Positions 23,826-35,683 of a stretch of DNA of 64,000 nucleotides are shown piece after piece. Numbering within the stretch: position 1 is the first letter of the stretch; each line of letters opens with the position of its first letter. The stretch is from assembly GCF_006345805.1 (NCBI RefSeq), contig NC_043004.1:90520001-90584000 (forward strand), read 5' to 3'. The position numbers and the translations under genes are program-made. Below the pieces are notes generated by a model. That model searched no databases. It saw only the letters and a list, made by a program, of their open reading frames with translations, and was not told the DNA's origin. The stretch is from Octopus sinensis (taxonomy: Eukaryota).

Positions 23826-25060
23826 TATACATATATATATACATTGTATATGTAACATTTAGTATATGTAGTTATTTGACTCAAAGCTATTCAGGTCTTG
23901 CAAGCTTGTGATCAAAGATGTTTGAGCTGTGACCATCCTGTTTGTTGTGTTATCAGATATATTCAATCAAGAATTGCATTATCCAATGTATCTGAGTTGG
24001 AGCTGAATGTTGCAGTCATAGACACGGTATAGTGAGTTATAGTATCCTGTGACACTGTACGAGTCAAGCTATTCCCACAGGAACAGTCCAACTCAGTAAT
24101 TTAAGGCAATAATGTTAACACTTTTTTTTACATCAGTGAACTTTTCCACCAGCCCCAGTGGACTGGATATTTGTGGGATAATTAGCCAAAGGCACACTCA
24201 TTATTGGTGATATGATATAAACTACTGATCGTTTTGATCAATTCGGCCATCTCTATGTATACATACAGATGAGGTAATTAGGTGTGAGTGGTCGGTAAAA
24301 TAACCCTTTGTTTCTCTTGCTGGTTTTTTTTCATTTTTCTTGTAACGAATATATTTATGTATTGAAGTTGCTTGGTGAAAGCAGTAGGGTTTAAATGTTG
24401 CTAAATGACCATTAGATAGGTAGGGGAAAGTGGTGAGAGTGGGGGCAGGTATCTGTAGTCATTAAATGTTGAATTGTAATTTCAACTCTGCATGATCCTT
24501 AGGGAGGTTTCAAGCTAAACTACAACTGGGTAACAACTTATTTGTTTTTTCTGCATAGCTTAGTCGGCAGGAAAGGGGAATTTCTCATGACCCATGTTGG
24601 AAAAATAGGAGCAGGAAGTGTGAGGCACAGTGAAGACAGAGGAGAAATAGTTTGTTCATTTGTTTTACATGTTTTTCAGTGCTAACATGGGGGTTAGACA
24701 AATATTATTGAGTCATTATTTTATAGGTGTGTTCTTTTTGTTGTTAATCCTTATCTTTTTTTTTTATCAAGTAAAGGATATTTTTTTTATTCCTTGTCTT
24801 CCACAGCACAGAGCCAGCATATAATTTGTTGACAGGCAATGCAACAGATTTGTATTTGTTACTCAGTATTTTTTCTTGTGAAGCACGATGTCTACATTCA
24901 TGATAGGCTTCATACAGTTTCTGTCTATTGAATGCTTTCTGAGGCATTGGTTGGCTTGAGGATACAATAGATGCTTGCCCAGTGTGTTGCATAGTGGGAC
25001 TGAACCCAAAGCCACACAGTTGCAAAGCAAACTTCATGGTCACACAGCCATGCTTGCACT

Positions 25061-25276
25061 TGGCCGTTGCCAGCCTCGTCTGGCCCCTGTGCTGGTGGCA
25101 CATAAAAAGCACCCACTACACTCACGGAGTGGTTGGCATTAGGAAGGGCATCCAGCTGTAGAAACACTGCCAGATCAGACTGGGTCTGGTGCAGCCTACT
25201 GGCTTCTCAGACCCCAGTTGAACCGTCCAACCCATGCTAGCATGGAAAACGGATGTTAAACGATGATGATGATGAT
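25061..25276 (+). mobile_element. Retroposon family B
   Basis: One unit, core and tail. Confidence 0.85.
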
Positions 25277-25582
25277 TTATATTTAGAGAGATAGGTGTAT
25301 TTGGTGTACCCTATGTTGAAGTCGTATGTAACTTGCTAGTCCTGAGAAGCAAAGACCATTGTAGTACCAGTAGAATAGTCAATGAGGAGACCCTGTATCT
25401 GTGGGTAAAAAATGTAATGTATTAGTGAGTGAGTCTTTGCCAGTCAGAGTATAACCTATGACCATGTGTTCATTAGCTATTGCTCTATTGTGAAGAAGTA
25501 ATTTGGGGTTTTAGAGATTCAATGGAGGGGCTGTAGGATGATGTGTTCAATAGTTATGATTTTTTTCATCTCTTTTTGTTAG

Positions 25583-25723
25583 AACCAGATTCCACCAACT
25601 GCTGAAATGGATCGTACTAATGACTTAGTATATGAAAGTACTACTAATGTGGTGCGAGCTGTCATGGAACTGACCAGAGTGGCTCATTTGGTAAGACCAG
25701 ACGACTATATTGACTTTGTACAG
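25583..25723 (+). CDS. PTK2: FAK FAT domain exon 1 (NQIPPTAEMDRTNDLVYESTTNVVRAVMEL...YIDFVQ)
   Basis: Matches FAK PPTANLDRSNDKVYENVTGLVKAVIEM; acceptor TTGTTAG, donor CAG|GTAAGG; 141 nt. Confidence 0.95.
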
Positions 25724-26235
25724 GTAAGGCATCCTCTCCACTTCAGATCCATTCTTGTTCTTTTCCCCATTCTATTTTTCTTCTTTTTTGTTTTTATTAT
25801 TATTTGGCTGGGATTAGATTTGACTGTCTTCTTCCTAGGGTTGGTAAAATAAAAGATCAGTTAGATTGGACTCCCTTCTCTCTCTTTCTCTTTGTGGCTC
25901 TGTGCCAATACTAGGAAACCTCATTTTGTCAGCATTGTCATGATCATTGTTCTGATGGTGGTGAAAGAGAGCTGATAGAGTAGAGGCAAAAAAAATGCTA
26001 TGCATATTTAGTTGCATCTGTTTGAGTTCAGATCTTGCTGTCACTGACTCTGCCTCTCGGCTTTCTAAGGTCAGTGGAATGAAGTACCAGTCATATGCTT
26101 AGGCCATTTTAAGTGGTACTTTTTTTATGATTTTGGTTCCCACTGAGATTGATGTGAATTAGAAGTGTGAGTGAACTAAGTCCTTGCCATTCAGGTGAGT
26201 TCCTTTCTTTTGGTTGTGATGGATTTTCATATGCG

Positions 26236-26588
26236 CGTGCCGGTGGCACGTAAAAAGCACCATCCGATTGTGGCTGTTGCCAGCCTCGCCTGGCCCCCAC
26301 ACCACCCGACCGTGGCCATTGCCAGCTCCGCCCCGACTGGCCTCCGTGCCGGTGGCACATAAAAAGCACCATACGATCATGGCCGTTTGCCAGCCCCATC
26401 TGGCACCTGTGCTGGTGGCACGTAAAAAGCACCCACTACACTCACGGAGTGGTTGGCGTTAGGAAGGGCATCCAGCTGTAGAAACATTGCCAGATCAGAC
26501 TGGGCCTGGTGCAGCCTTCTGGCTTCCCAGACCCCAGTTGAACCGTCCAACCCATGCTAGCATGGAAAACGGACGCAAAATGATGATG
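26236..26588 (+). mobile_element. Retroposon family B
   Basis: About three units, core and tail. Confidence 0.85.
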
Positions 26589-27721
26589 TAGCAGCCATAG
26601 CAGCTGCTGTTTCCTGATGGGTGGACAGCATTCCATTGTTGATCTCACTTAAGATTTGTAGAAAGTCATTTACTCTAAAGGAAAAGGATGACTTTTGGGA
26701 TGCAGTTTTAGTTCTGTTCTGTTTGTGATTTCACCTGGAGAGCTCATCTGTTATGATAAGGTTTAACATTTAGAGTGACTTTAGAGAGGACAACCTAACA
26801 AAAGCTTAGGTCACACCAGAATTCTATTCATGGAAGCAGAGGTGAAGTGTCTAGGATTTGTGTTGATGATGCTTATTGCTGGGAACTGAATAGAGATGCC
26901 GGTTCATTAGGGTAACTTTGGGTAAAAGTCACACTAGTTCAAAATATCAGAAGCCGTAGTAGTAGTAGTAGTAGTAGTAATCCAAGAGGCAGGGAGAGGT
27001 TGCAATATGTTATTGTGGTCGAGACAAAGGTAAGGTCTGAAGGGATATTAACTAATATTACTAGAAATGTAACGCAAATCAATCCAAAGAACAATGACAA
27101 TAATTTTTAATATAAAGTCAGTCACAAATTTGGGGACAAGAATTATAGTTGATAATGTCAATCCCAGTAGTTGATTATCAATTGGCCTTGGAACAATGAA
27201 ATACACTCAAAACTCTGGTATGATTTGAACTCAGAACATAAGGGGACATAACCAAACACCTTAGACTATTTTGCCCATCAGTTCTACGTAACAATATAAT
27301 GATAATAATTTCTAATTTCACACTAGACCAAGAAGTTAGTCAATTACATTGACCCCCAGTACATGACCGGTACCTTATTTTATTGACACGAAAGGATAAA
27401 AGCAAAGTTAATTTTGATGGTATTTGAATTCAAAATATAGAGAGCTGGAAGAAATGCCACTAAGCATTTTGTCCAATGTGCTAACAATTCTGCCAGTTTG
27501 CCACCTTAATGATAATAATGATAATCCTTTCTACTATAGGCACAAGGCCTGAAATTTTTGTGGGGGGATGGGTTGATTACACTGACCCCAGTATGTGACT
27601 GGTACTCATTTTATCAACCCTGTAAGTCAGAATGCTAAGACAGATGAAATGCCACTAACCATTTTGTCTGCCATGTTAACAGTTCTGGCTTAATAATAAT
27701 AATAATAATGATAGGTGCCAA

Positions 27722-28190
27722 ATTTTGTGGGAATTTTCCATACAAGCAGATAAAATGATTAGAACCCAACAAACGTGACATCATTGTCATTGATAACATT
27801 TTTTGATCCAGCATATCTGTTCAACACATGAATAGAATGTAAAGAAGCAGAAAAGTTGACAACTTATAACAAGTTGAAATATTAAATCATTAAAGTCTGG
27901 AAAATAGGTAGTAAATGTCATGCCAGTAATCACAGGAACATTAGAGATATTGAAGGGCAACATTGCAAAATAGCTGAAGATCAGACTATAGAATGAGATA
28001 GATCTCTTATGAATAGTTTGCTTATTCAGAACAGCATTATATTACAAAGGATATTCAATGATAGATTCACTAAAAGGAATAGAAAAGGCAAGGAGGGGGT
28101 GTTTTGATACCTAAAACTCCTGGTTGTAGCCTGCTTATGAAGCAGAAAAAATGACCAGATGATAAGAACCATCCCGAGAAAAAAATGCAA
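27722..28190 (+). mobile_element. Decayed R4/Dong-like LINE 3' end (restriction-like endonuclease domain)
   Basis: ILWEFSIQADK..NKRDIIVID..KEAEK..Y..LK..VW..VMPVITGTL; flanked by TAA repeats. Confidence 0.7.
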
Positions 28191-28202
28191 TATTAATAAT
28201 TA

Positions 28203-28899
28203 CTAGCATTAAAGACCCGTCGTTGCCGGGTCATAGTGCTAGTGCATGTATATATGTGTACATATTACATGTACATCTATATATATACATCTACACATAA
28301 AATGCAAAATAGAAAGTTATATCTTGATATCGCTAGTGATAACAATACTCAAAATATATAACAGACTGGAATTGTTAGCTCTTTTTTTTTCTCTACATTG
28401 TATACTTTATAGACAGTAGTCTTTTCTTTAATTTAATTTTTTTATTATCCATCTGGGCTATTCCATTTCTGCACGCTAATTTTATTTTTAATTTAATTCC
28501 CATTCATGTGAAACCACTTATTCAAGTTCGAGTCATTGATGCAATTTTATACCAATTGCTATTTTTACTTATATTATACTTTAGTTTGATTTTAATTATT
28601 AGTTACTACATATAATTCAATTGTTATTATTTTTATTGTTAAAGTGAAAGCATCTGACATAAAATAGAGAAATATTTTTGTTTCACTTTTAACACGTAAT
28701 ACTGAAATAGTGGAGAAGATATGATATTGCTATGGGCTCGCTCTAGGCAAGAAGTTGAACATTTTTTTTGCCCATGAAACTACATGGACCCTAAGTAAGG
28801 CATGTGTAAAATTTGAATGAAATTGGTTGTGTAGTTCTCAAGTTTTAGGGAAACACACAGACAGACAGACACACATTCTCAGTTTTATATATATAAAGA
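28203..28899 (-). mobile_element. Non-autonomous Helitron, second family
   Basis: A|TC...CTAG|T with hairpin GACCCGTCGTTGCCGGGTC at 28214-28232; the 5' end (TATATATATAAAACTG) is shared with the 5648-6163 element. Confidence 0.85.
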
Positions 28900-28999
28900 T
28901 TATAATCAGCTACAATTGGATTGATTGTGATTGCATAATTATTTTGTTTGCTTGCATATTGGAGGATTTTTTATCTTTAAAACTGTTTGTCTTTTTCAG

Positions 29000-29080
29000 A
29001 AAATCGGAGGTGCTTTACGGGACCTGTTATCTAATGTTGATCTGTTGCTGCCCTCTTTCCATCTGGATGACCAACATCTG
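29000..29080 (+). CDS. PTK2: FAK FAT domain exon 2 (KIGGALRDLLSNVDLLLPSFHLDDQHL)
   Basis: Aligns without gaps to FAK EVGLALRTLLATVDETIPLLPASTHRE (27 aa); acceptor TTTTTCAG, donor CTG|GTGTGT. Confidence 0.93.
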
Positions 29081-29921
29081 GTGTGTAATTTGTCAAACAT
29101 CTCATTGGCTAGTTGTGTATAAGGAAGTGTGGTAGGGGTTAGCAGTGAGTGGTGTTTTTTTTTGGGGGGGGGGGCAGAGTTTAACTGTGATTGTAAGTTA
29201 GTGTCTACAGGGTGGACCAGTGTGATTGGTGTAAGTTTATATAGAGGGAGTGTTTGGTGTGTGGGCAGGTGTGACACTGATATGTGTATAAATGTATCTT
29301 GCAATATTTAGTTAGGGCCCTTTTGAGTGCAAAACCCTGATTGGATTAATATTTGTACAAGTTATGAACTTGGACTAATTAATTATAAACCCTCTTACAA
29401 ACTGTGTGACATTGTGCCTAAGTTACAAATTATTAATATTATTATTTCAAAGGAATAATAAAAAGGTGTAGGTTGGTGTAATGCAATGACCTGAATCTTG
29501 GTTACTTTTAGCAGAGTTTTTCTCTGTACAAAGCATTTGGACCAGACACTATGCTTCGCTTCTCATAGATTGACCAGCAGCTGGTCAGGTTAGCTAAGAA
29601 TTCATATTAAAATAAATCAGAAATCATCATCAGTATTCTTATTCTAGTGGGTGCTTGTACATTCCACTGGCACAAGGGCCAGTCAGGCAGTTCTGGTAAT
29701 GACCTCCCTGAGAAGGTGTCTTTTATGTGCTACTTGCATGAGAGCCAGTCCAGCGACACTGGCAACGACCACGCTTGAATTTTGTTTACCACTGGCACAC
29801 GCTGGCAACGATCACACTCGAATGTGCTTTCAACGGTCCTCTGGCATGAGTGCCAATCAGGCGATACTGTCATCAGCCATGTCAGCAATTTTGATTTCAC
29901 TTGCCTCAATAGGTCTTTGCA

Positions 29922-29957
<36 letters not shown>

Positions 29958-29969
29958 TGTATGTGTGTG

Positions 29970-30015
<46 letters not shown>

Positions 30016-30069
30016 ATATGTGTATATATATATGTGTGTATATATATATATGTGTGTGTGTGTATATAT

Positions 30070-30295
30070 ATCAAAATAAATATCAAATGGAAATAGTAGT
30101 TGTGATACCTGTGCCGGTGGCACATATAAAGCACCCACTACACTCATGGAGTGGTTGGTGTTAGGAAGGGCATCCAGCTGTAGAAACATTGCCAGATCAG
30201 ACTGGAGCCTGGTGCAGCCTTCTGGCTTCCCAGACCCCGGTCGAACCATCCAACCCATGCTAGTACGGAAAGCGGACGTTAGACGATGATGATGA
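30070..30295 (+). mobile_element. Retroposon family B. Degenerate relatives at about 10915-11123, 29650-29918 (-), 30742-31025 and 32140-32420
   Basis: Core and (GAT)n tail. Confidence 0.8.
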
Positions 30296-30364
30296 TATAT
30301 TTTTGTATGTGTATATATATGTACGTTTATGTGTATGTATATACACATATATATATGTATATAT

Positions 30365-30400
<36 letters not shown>

Positions 30401-30515
30401 GCATGTATATATATATGCATGTATATATATGCATGTATATGTATATATATGCATGTATATATATGCATGTGTATGTATATATATATATGTCTGTATATAT
30501 GTGTATATGTATGTA

Positions 30516-30702
30516 TGGCCACTGGTGGTGGTGTAACACCATACTAATCATATCTGTCGGGCATGTGGAAGAGAGTGTAATTCAGCAGGAGGACTTAAAC
30601 GACATGCAAAGGTACATGAAGCCCAGTTACAACTACAGCCGGCTATTACCAGTAAAGGTTTTAGTTGCCAATTTTGTACAAGACATTGTAGATCTTTAGC
30701 TG
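30516..30702 (+). mobile_element. 187-bp piece of the same C2H2-bearing element
   Basis: Reverse complement of 62704-62890 with about 5 mismatches. Confidence 0.85.
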
Positions 30703-31084
30703 CCAGATTATATATATACATACGTATACACACATATATATGTGCTGGTGGCATGTAAAAGGCACCATCGAAACGTGGTCGATAGCATGTAAAAAGGACC
30801 ATCGAAATGTGGCTGATGCCAGTACTGCCTGACTGGCTCCTGTGTTGCTGTCGCATAAAAAGCTCCCGCTACACGCAGAGTGGTTGTCGTTAAGAAATGT
30901 ATCTAGCTATAGAAACATTGCCAGATCAGATTTTAGCCTGGTGCATCTTCCCGGCTTGCCAGTCCCTGGTCAATCCATCCAACAATGCCAGGATGGAAAA
31001 TGGATGTTAAACGATGATGATGATGAAGAAGGCTGTGGATCACCAAATTGGTTGAGAACTGGCTGAAATAACAGGCAAAATACA

Positions 31085-31810
31085 ATTATATCAGAGACCT
31101 CTTCAGGACAACAGTTAAACTTTGTCTGATCTGTCTCTTCTTTTCAACCTCTCTCCAGAAAGTATATTACAAGAGACACTATGTGACATCTCTGCTTTAT
31201 TTCCATCAAAAGATAACCTCTTTGCGACCTATATTTTGCGATGCTGCAAAACTGAACTCCAGGAACTTCTCCTGTCTCCAACTAGAAAGAGCATTAGTAA
31301 AATATGGAACAGAGGTCAGTTGAGAAAAGATCAAGGTTGTGATTATCAGATGCAACTAGAACACAGCAATCAACCTCATAATGAATGACAAAGTGGATAA
31401 CTTTAAATACCTTGGATCCACTTTTAAGCCAATGAAACAGTTCAATAAGAGAGATAAGAACAAGATTCAGCCTGGTTACATCTACCATGGGAAAAGTGAA
31501 CATCCTATGGATATGCAATTCCATTAGCTTTTTTCCACAATGCTTTGACTGTACAAATCCCTTGTAACTGCAATCTTTCACTACAAATGTGAAAGCTGGA
31601 TATTCACAGCCAATGCAGAACAAAGTATGTAAGCATTCAAAGATAAGTACTTTGGAAAGCTGCTTTGTATATTGTATTCACAGGACAAACCAAACACCTT
31701 TTTCAGGTTGCAAGTCACTTAATTTATTAGTAATCAAGAACCACTCCTTGCTACTGTGAAATGCCAAAAGTTTGCTTTGTATGGACATGCATCCTATCAC
31801 AACTTCCTGT
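31085..31810 (+). mobile_element. Decayed RTE-clade LINE fragment
   Basis: QVDNFKYLGS, EIRTR, EPLLATVK and YGH remnants. Confidence 0.7.
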
Positions 31811-32169
31811 ATATAGTTTCACACAGTGATTATGAAATGTTTGTTTTGTGTAGGTTGTGCTAGGTGTGTACTGATCGTTTTGCCATTGAATTGAAAAGTG
31901 TCTTGTGCAGGATATGGGCCATTAGTAGTAGTTGTAGTAGTAATAGTAGTAGGGCAGTGGATTAGCAGAATCATTAGATTATCAGACAGAATACCTTGTG
32001 GTATTTGCTCCAGCCCTTTACTTTCTGAGTTCAACTTTTTATTGAGTGTTTGATGAAATAATGGACAAGTCAAGTACACCTCCCAAATTTGCTGGTCTTG
32101 TCCCAAAATCAAAAACCATTATAGTTGTAATGAGGATGGTGGCCGGGGCTGGTGACACATTAAGGGCTA

Positions 32170-32315
32170 GTGACATGTGAAAGGCACCCATGCCAGTGAC
32201 ACGTGAAAGACACCCATGCCAGTGACACATGAAAGGCACCCATGCCAGTGACACATGAAAGGCACCCATGCCAGTGACACATGAAAGGCACCCATGCCGG
32301 TGGTATGTAAAAGAT
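32170..32315 (+). repeat. 26-bp tandem repeat (CACCCATGCCAGTGACACATGAAAGG), about five copies
   Basis: Lies in the 5' part of a degenerate family B element. Confidence 0.9.
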
Positions 32316-32504
32316 ACTCAGTACATTGTATGGAGCAGTTTGCATTAGGAAGGGCATCCAGCCATAGAAACTAAGCCAGATGCAGCTTGCCAGTTCCAGT
32401 CAAACTGTCTAACCTATGCAAAAGTAGTAGTAAAATTCTAGGGTTCGTTGGTATTGACTAACCCCAACTTCTTCTGACCTTATGCATAAATTAGAAATAA
32501 CTAC

Positions 32505-33815
32505 TAAGGTGACAATCTCTCAGAATTGTTAAAGCATCAGACAAAATGCCTTGAGATATTTATTCTGGCTCCTATGTTCTCAGTTCATATCTCACCAATG
32601 CCATCTTTATCTTTGGCTCTTCCAGGGAATCAATAAAATAAAATACCATTTGAGTACTAGGATTGATAGTATTAGCTAACACCCTACCCTCAATATTGTT
32701 CAACCATTCTTGTGGCAAGCTGGCAAAATCACTAAAGCATTGGAAAAAATTGCTTTGTGGTATTTATTGGTATTTACTGTATTGTGGGATTTATTACATT
32801 CCGAGTTCAAATCCCACTGCGGTCAGCTCTTTCATCCCCCACCCCACCCCCCAGTGTTGGTAAAGTACCAGCTAAGTACTGGGCTTAATGTTATTCAGTT
32901 GCCCCTTCCATCTATAATTGTTGGCCTTGTGTCAGAATTTAAAATAATTATTATTATTATTAAGGCAGTGAGCTGACAGAATCATTAGCGCACTCAACAA
33001 AATGCTTAGCGATATTTCGCCATGTTGCTATGTTCTCAGTTCAAATTCTGCCGAGGTCGACTTTGCCGTTCATCCTTTTGGAGTCGATAAACTAAGTACC
33101 AGTGAAACACTGGGGTAGATGTAATCAACTAGTTTGAGGATTATTATTATTATTATATTATTATTATTATTATTATTAAGGCAGCAAACTGGCAGAATCA
33201 TTAGCACACCGGGCAAAATGCTTAGTGACATTTCATCTGTCTTCTGAATTCTGAGTTCAAATGTTGCCAGGGTCAACATTGATTTTCATCCTTTCAGGGT
33301 CAATAAAATAAGTACCAGTTGAAAACTGGTGTCAGTGTAATCGACTTAACCCCTGCCCTGAAACTGCTGGCCTTGTGCCAAAATTCAAAATCAATATTAT
33401 TTCATATATGCACAACAAATTAAGCTGTTTGAAAAGAAAAATTCCTAACATCGGGCTACAACAAGTAACATTAGATGCCAAGACCCTTCCTAACTATCCT
33501 AGCTGCCCCTAATAAGTTTTTCCTGGAGCTATACTAAACTAGGTTTTTTAATGCCTATTTCTGCTATCCATCTGTTTAAATTATTATTATTGTTGTTGGT
33601 AAGGCAGTGAGCTGGCAGAACTGTTAGCATGCCAGACAAAATGCTTAGCAGCATTTCATCCATCTTTGCTTTCTGAGTTCAAATTCTGCCATGGTCAACT
33701 TTACCTTTTATCCTTTTGGGGTTGATAAAATAAGTACCAGTTGAGTACTGGAGTCAATGCAATTGATTTACCCACTCCCCGAAATTGCTGGCCTTGTGCC
33801 AAAATTTGAAACCAT
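32505..33815 (+). mobile_element. Same-orientation cluster of about five family C SINEs separated by (TTA)n. Similar clusters at 45506-45960 (+), 27100-27690 (-) and 41050-41575 (-)
   Basis: Repeated AAGGCAG.GAGCTGGCAGAA...CTGGCCTTGTGCCAAAATT units. Confidence 0.8.
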
Positions 33816-33851
33816 TATTAGTATTATTATTATTATTGTTTTTATTTTCAG

Positions 33852-34076
33852 GTATCATCATCCCAAAAAGTGCTAAGTAGTGACATGGCATCACTAGTTG
33901 AAGCCATGAAAGTTGCTCAGCAGTACAACCTTGCCATGGAAGCTGAATATCTGAAACGTATGCTTAAAGCTGCCCACACTCTAGCTATGGACTCTAAAAA
34001 CTTGCTCGATACAGTTGATGTGACTCGCTTAAAATACAAACTTGTGCTGCAAATGGACGGCATTAAAACTACCTGA
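33852..34076 (+). CDS. PTK2: FAK terminal coding exon, FAT helices 3-4 (VSSSQKVLSSDM...MLKAAHTLAMDSKNLLDTVD...KTT*)
   Basis: Matches FAK MLTAAHALAVDAKNLLDVID; acceptor TTTTCAG; TGA stop at 34074-34076. Confidence 0.96.
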   Translation, partial: VSSSQKVLSSDMASLVEAMKVAQQYNLAMEAEYLKRMLKAAHTLAMDSKNLLDTVDVTRLKYKLVLQMDGIKTT

Positions 34077-34995
34077 CTTCTCTGCTGATCACTTTTTGTG
34101 TTTCTTACATAAATTTCATCTTTTAAAAAAAAAACAAAAACAAAAAACTGTTGCTTCTTCTTCCTCTTCTTTCTTCTCCTCTTTAAACATTATTTTATTT
34201 TCCACCTCTTTCCCCCTTGCTCATCTTTTATTCCTCCCCCCCTCTTATATGGCTAAGAGACATTGACTGAGCAAAGGTACCAAATTGGGGAGGGGGAAGG
34301 GGGTGCTTGTGATTCGTGAGTTTGTTCACGGAGTCACATGCTGCTTCAGGCATTGTATTTGTGTCGCTGTGAGCCATGCCACCCTATAGCATTCAGAAAT
34401 AATGTCAAAGCATTTGTAACAATTCATATATAGAAAGAAAGAAAGAAAGAAAGAAAGAAAATTTGATGAAACACATGAAAGAACTGAGATAGTCTGTGTA
34501 GGTTTGGTAAGGTAAGTGGCAGCATGGTGATGGGGACAAGGTTTTCCTACAACCCAAATTAGTCTTCCGACTGGTTTGGTAAGAACAAAATGGCAACATC
34601 TATCAAAGCAGCTGAGTTTAGCCAGTTTGATTACTGAAAGCTTAATCTGGAAGACGGGCCGAAATCAGGAGCTTCGTTCAATAAATGTTTAAGAGAAAGA
34701 AATTTAAATGGTTTACTCGTTAGCATTCATAATAATAATTGGTGATAGTGTTGTTGAAATAGAAAAGACAAAGTTATGAAATGACAAAAGAAAAACAGTA
34801 TGACTTCCGGTTAGATTTGGTGAAAGGTTTTCTAATTACCAAAGATAATGTTTCAATAATGCATATGAACTGAGCAGTATAATCTTAGCTAATCTTAGCA
34901 AGATATTTCATTGCTGTGTATGTATGTGTGTGTATTGTGATGCAAATAGGAAAAATAGAATTCAAATATGAGTATGTATATTTTTATTAATACTT

Positions 34996-35066
34996 AGCGA
35001 CAGAGAGACTCAAGGGTCGAGAGTGCCAGTACATGAAACACTTGGCCCTTGAGTCACTTTGTTGCT
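34996..35066. repeat. 71-nt hairpin downstream of the FAK stop codon
   Basis: 29-position stem with 2 A-A mismatches and 4 G:U pairs on the + strand. Confidence 0.75.
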
Positions 35067-35629
35067 TCTCCTATGTATTAATGGAAAATACATAATGTAC
35101 AAGCATGCATATATAGTCATATGTACATGTATGTGTGTGTTGGATGTAGCCGGTTAAACCAGGTAGTTTTATCAGGTAGCTGGAATTGACTGATCTGAAT
35201 GCTAAAGGGATAATTAAACTCCAACTGCCTAATTGAGAAATTCTTATTTCACGCTGCTCTTGCAGACATCATTCTTTGCTCAGGAGTTTTCATTTTAAAA
35301 AGAGGAAAAAAAGAAAAAGCAAAAACACCAACAATGTCGTCCCCTTTCCCCTCTCTTCTGCTGCTAGAGACAACTTATTATTTTTATGTGTAATCAAAAC
35401 GGTTGGTGTTTTTTTTTAAATTTTAAATAATGTTTAACTATTGTTGAAATTCTTGGATCATTGTTAAAAATTCTTCAAAGAAAGTTACACACACTTATAC
35501 ACACATTTATATATTTATATATATATACATATATATATATATAATTGTAGAGAAAAAATTTTTTTATCAATATATCAGAACAAATTACAATCAAATTTTA
35601 TCTCAACTTACATTAAGTTTTGTATTCTG

Positions 35630-35683
<54 letters not shown>

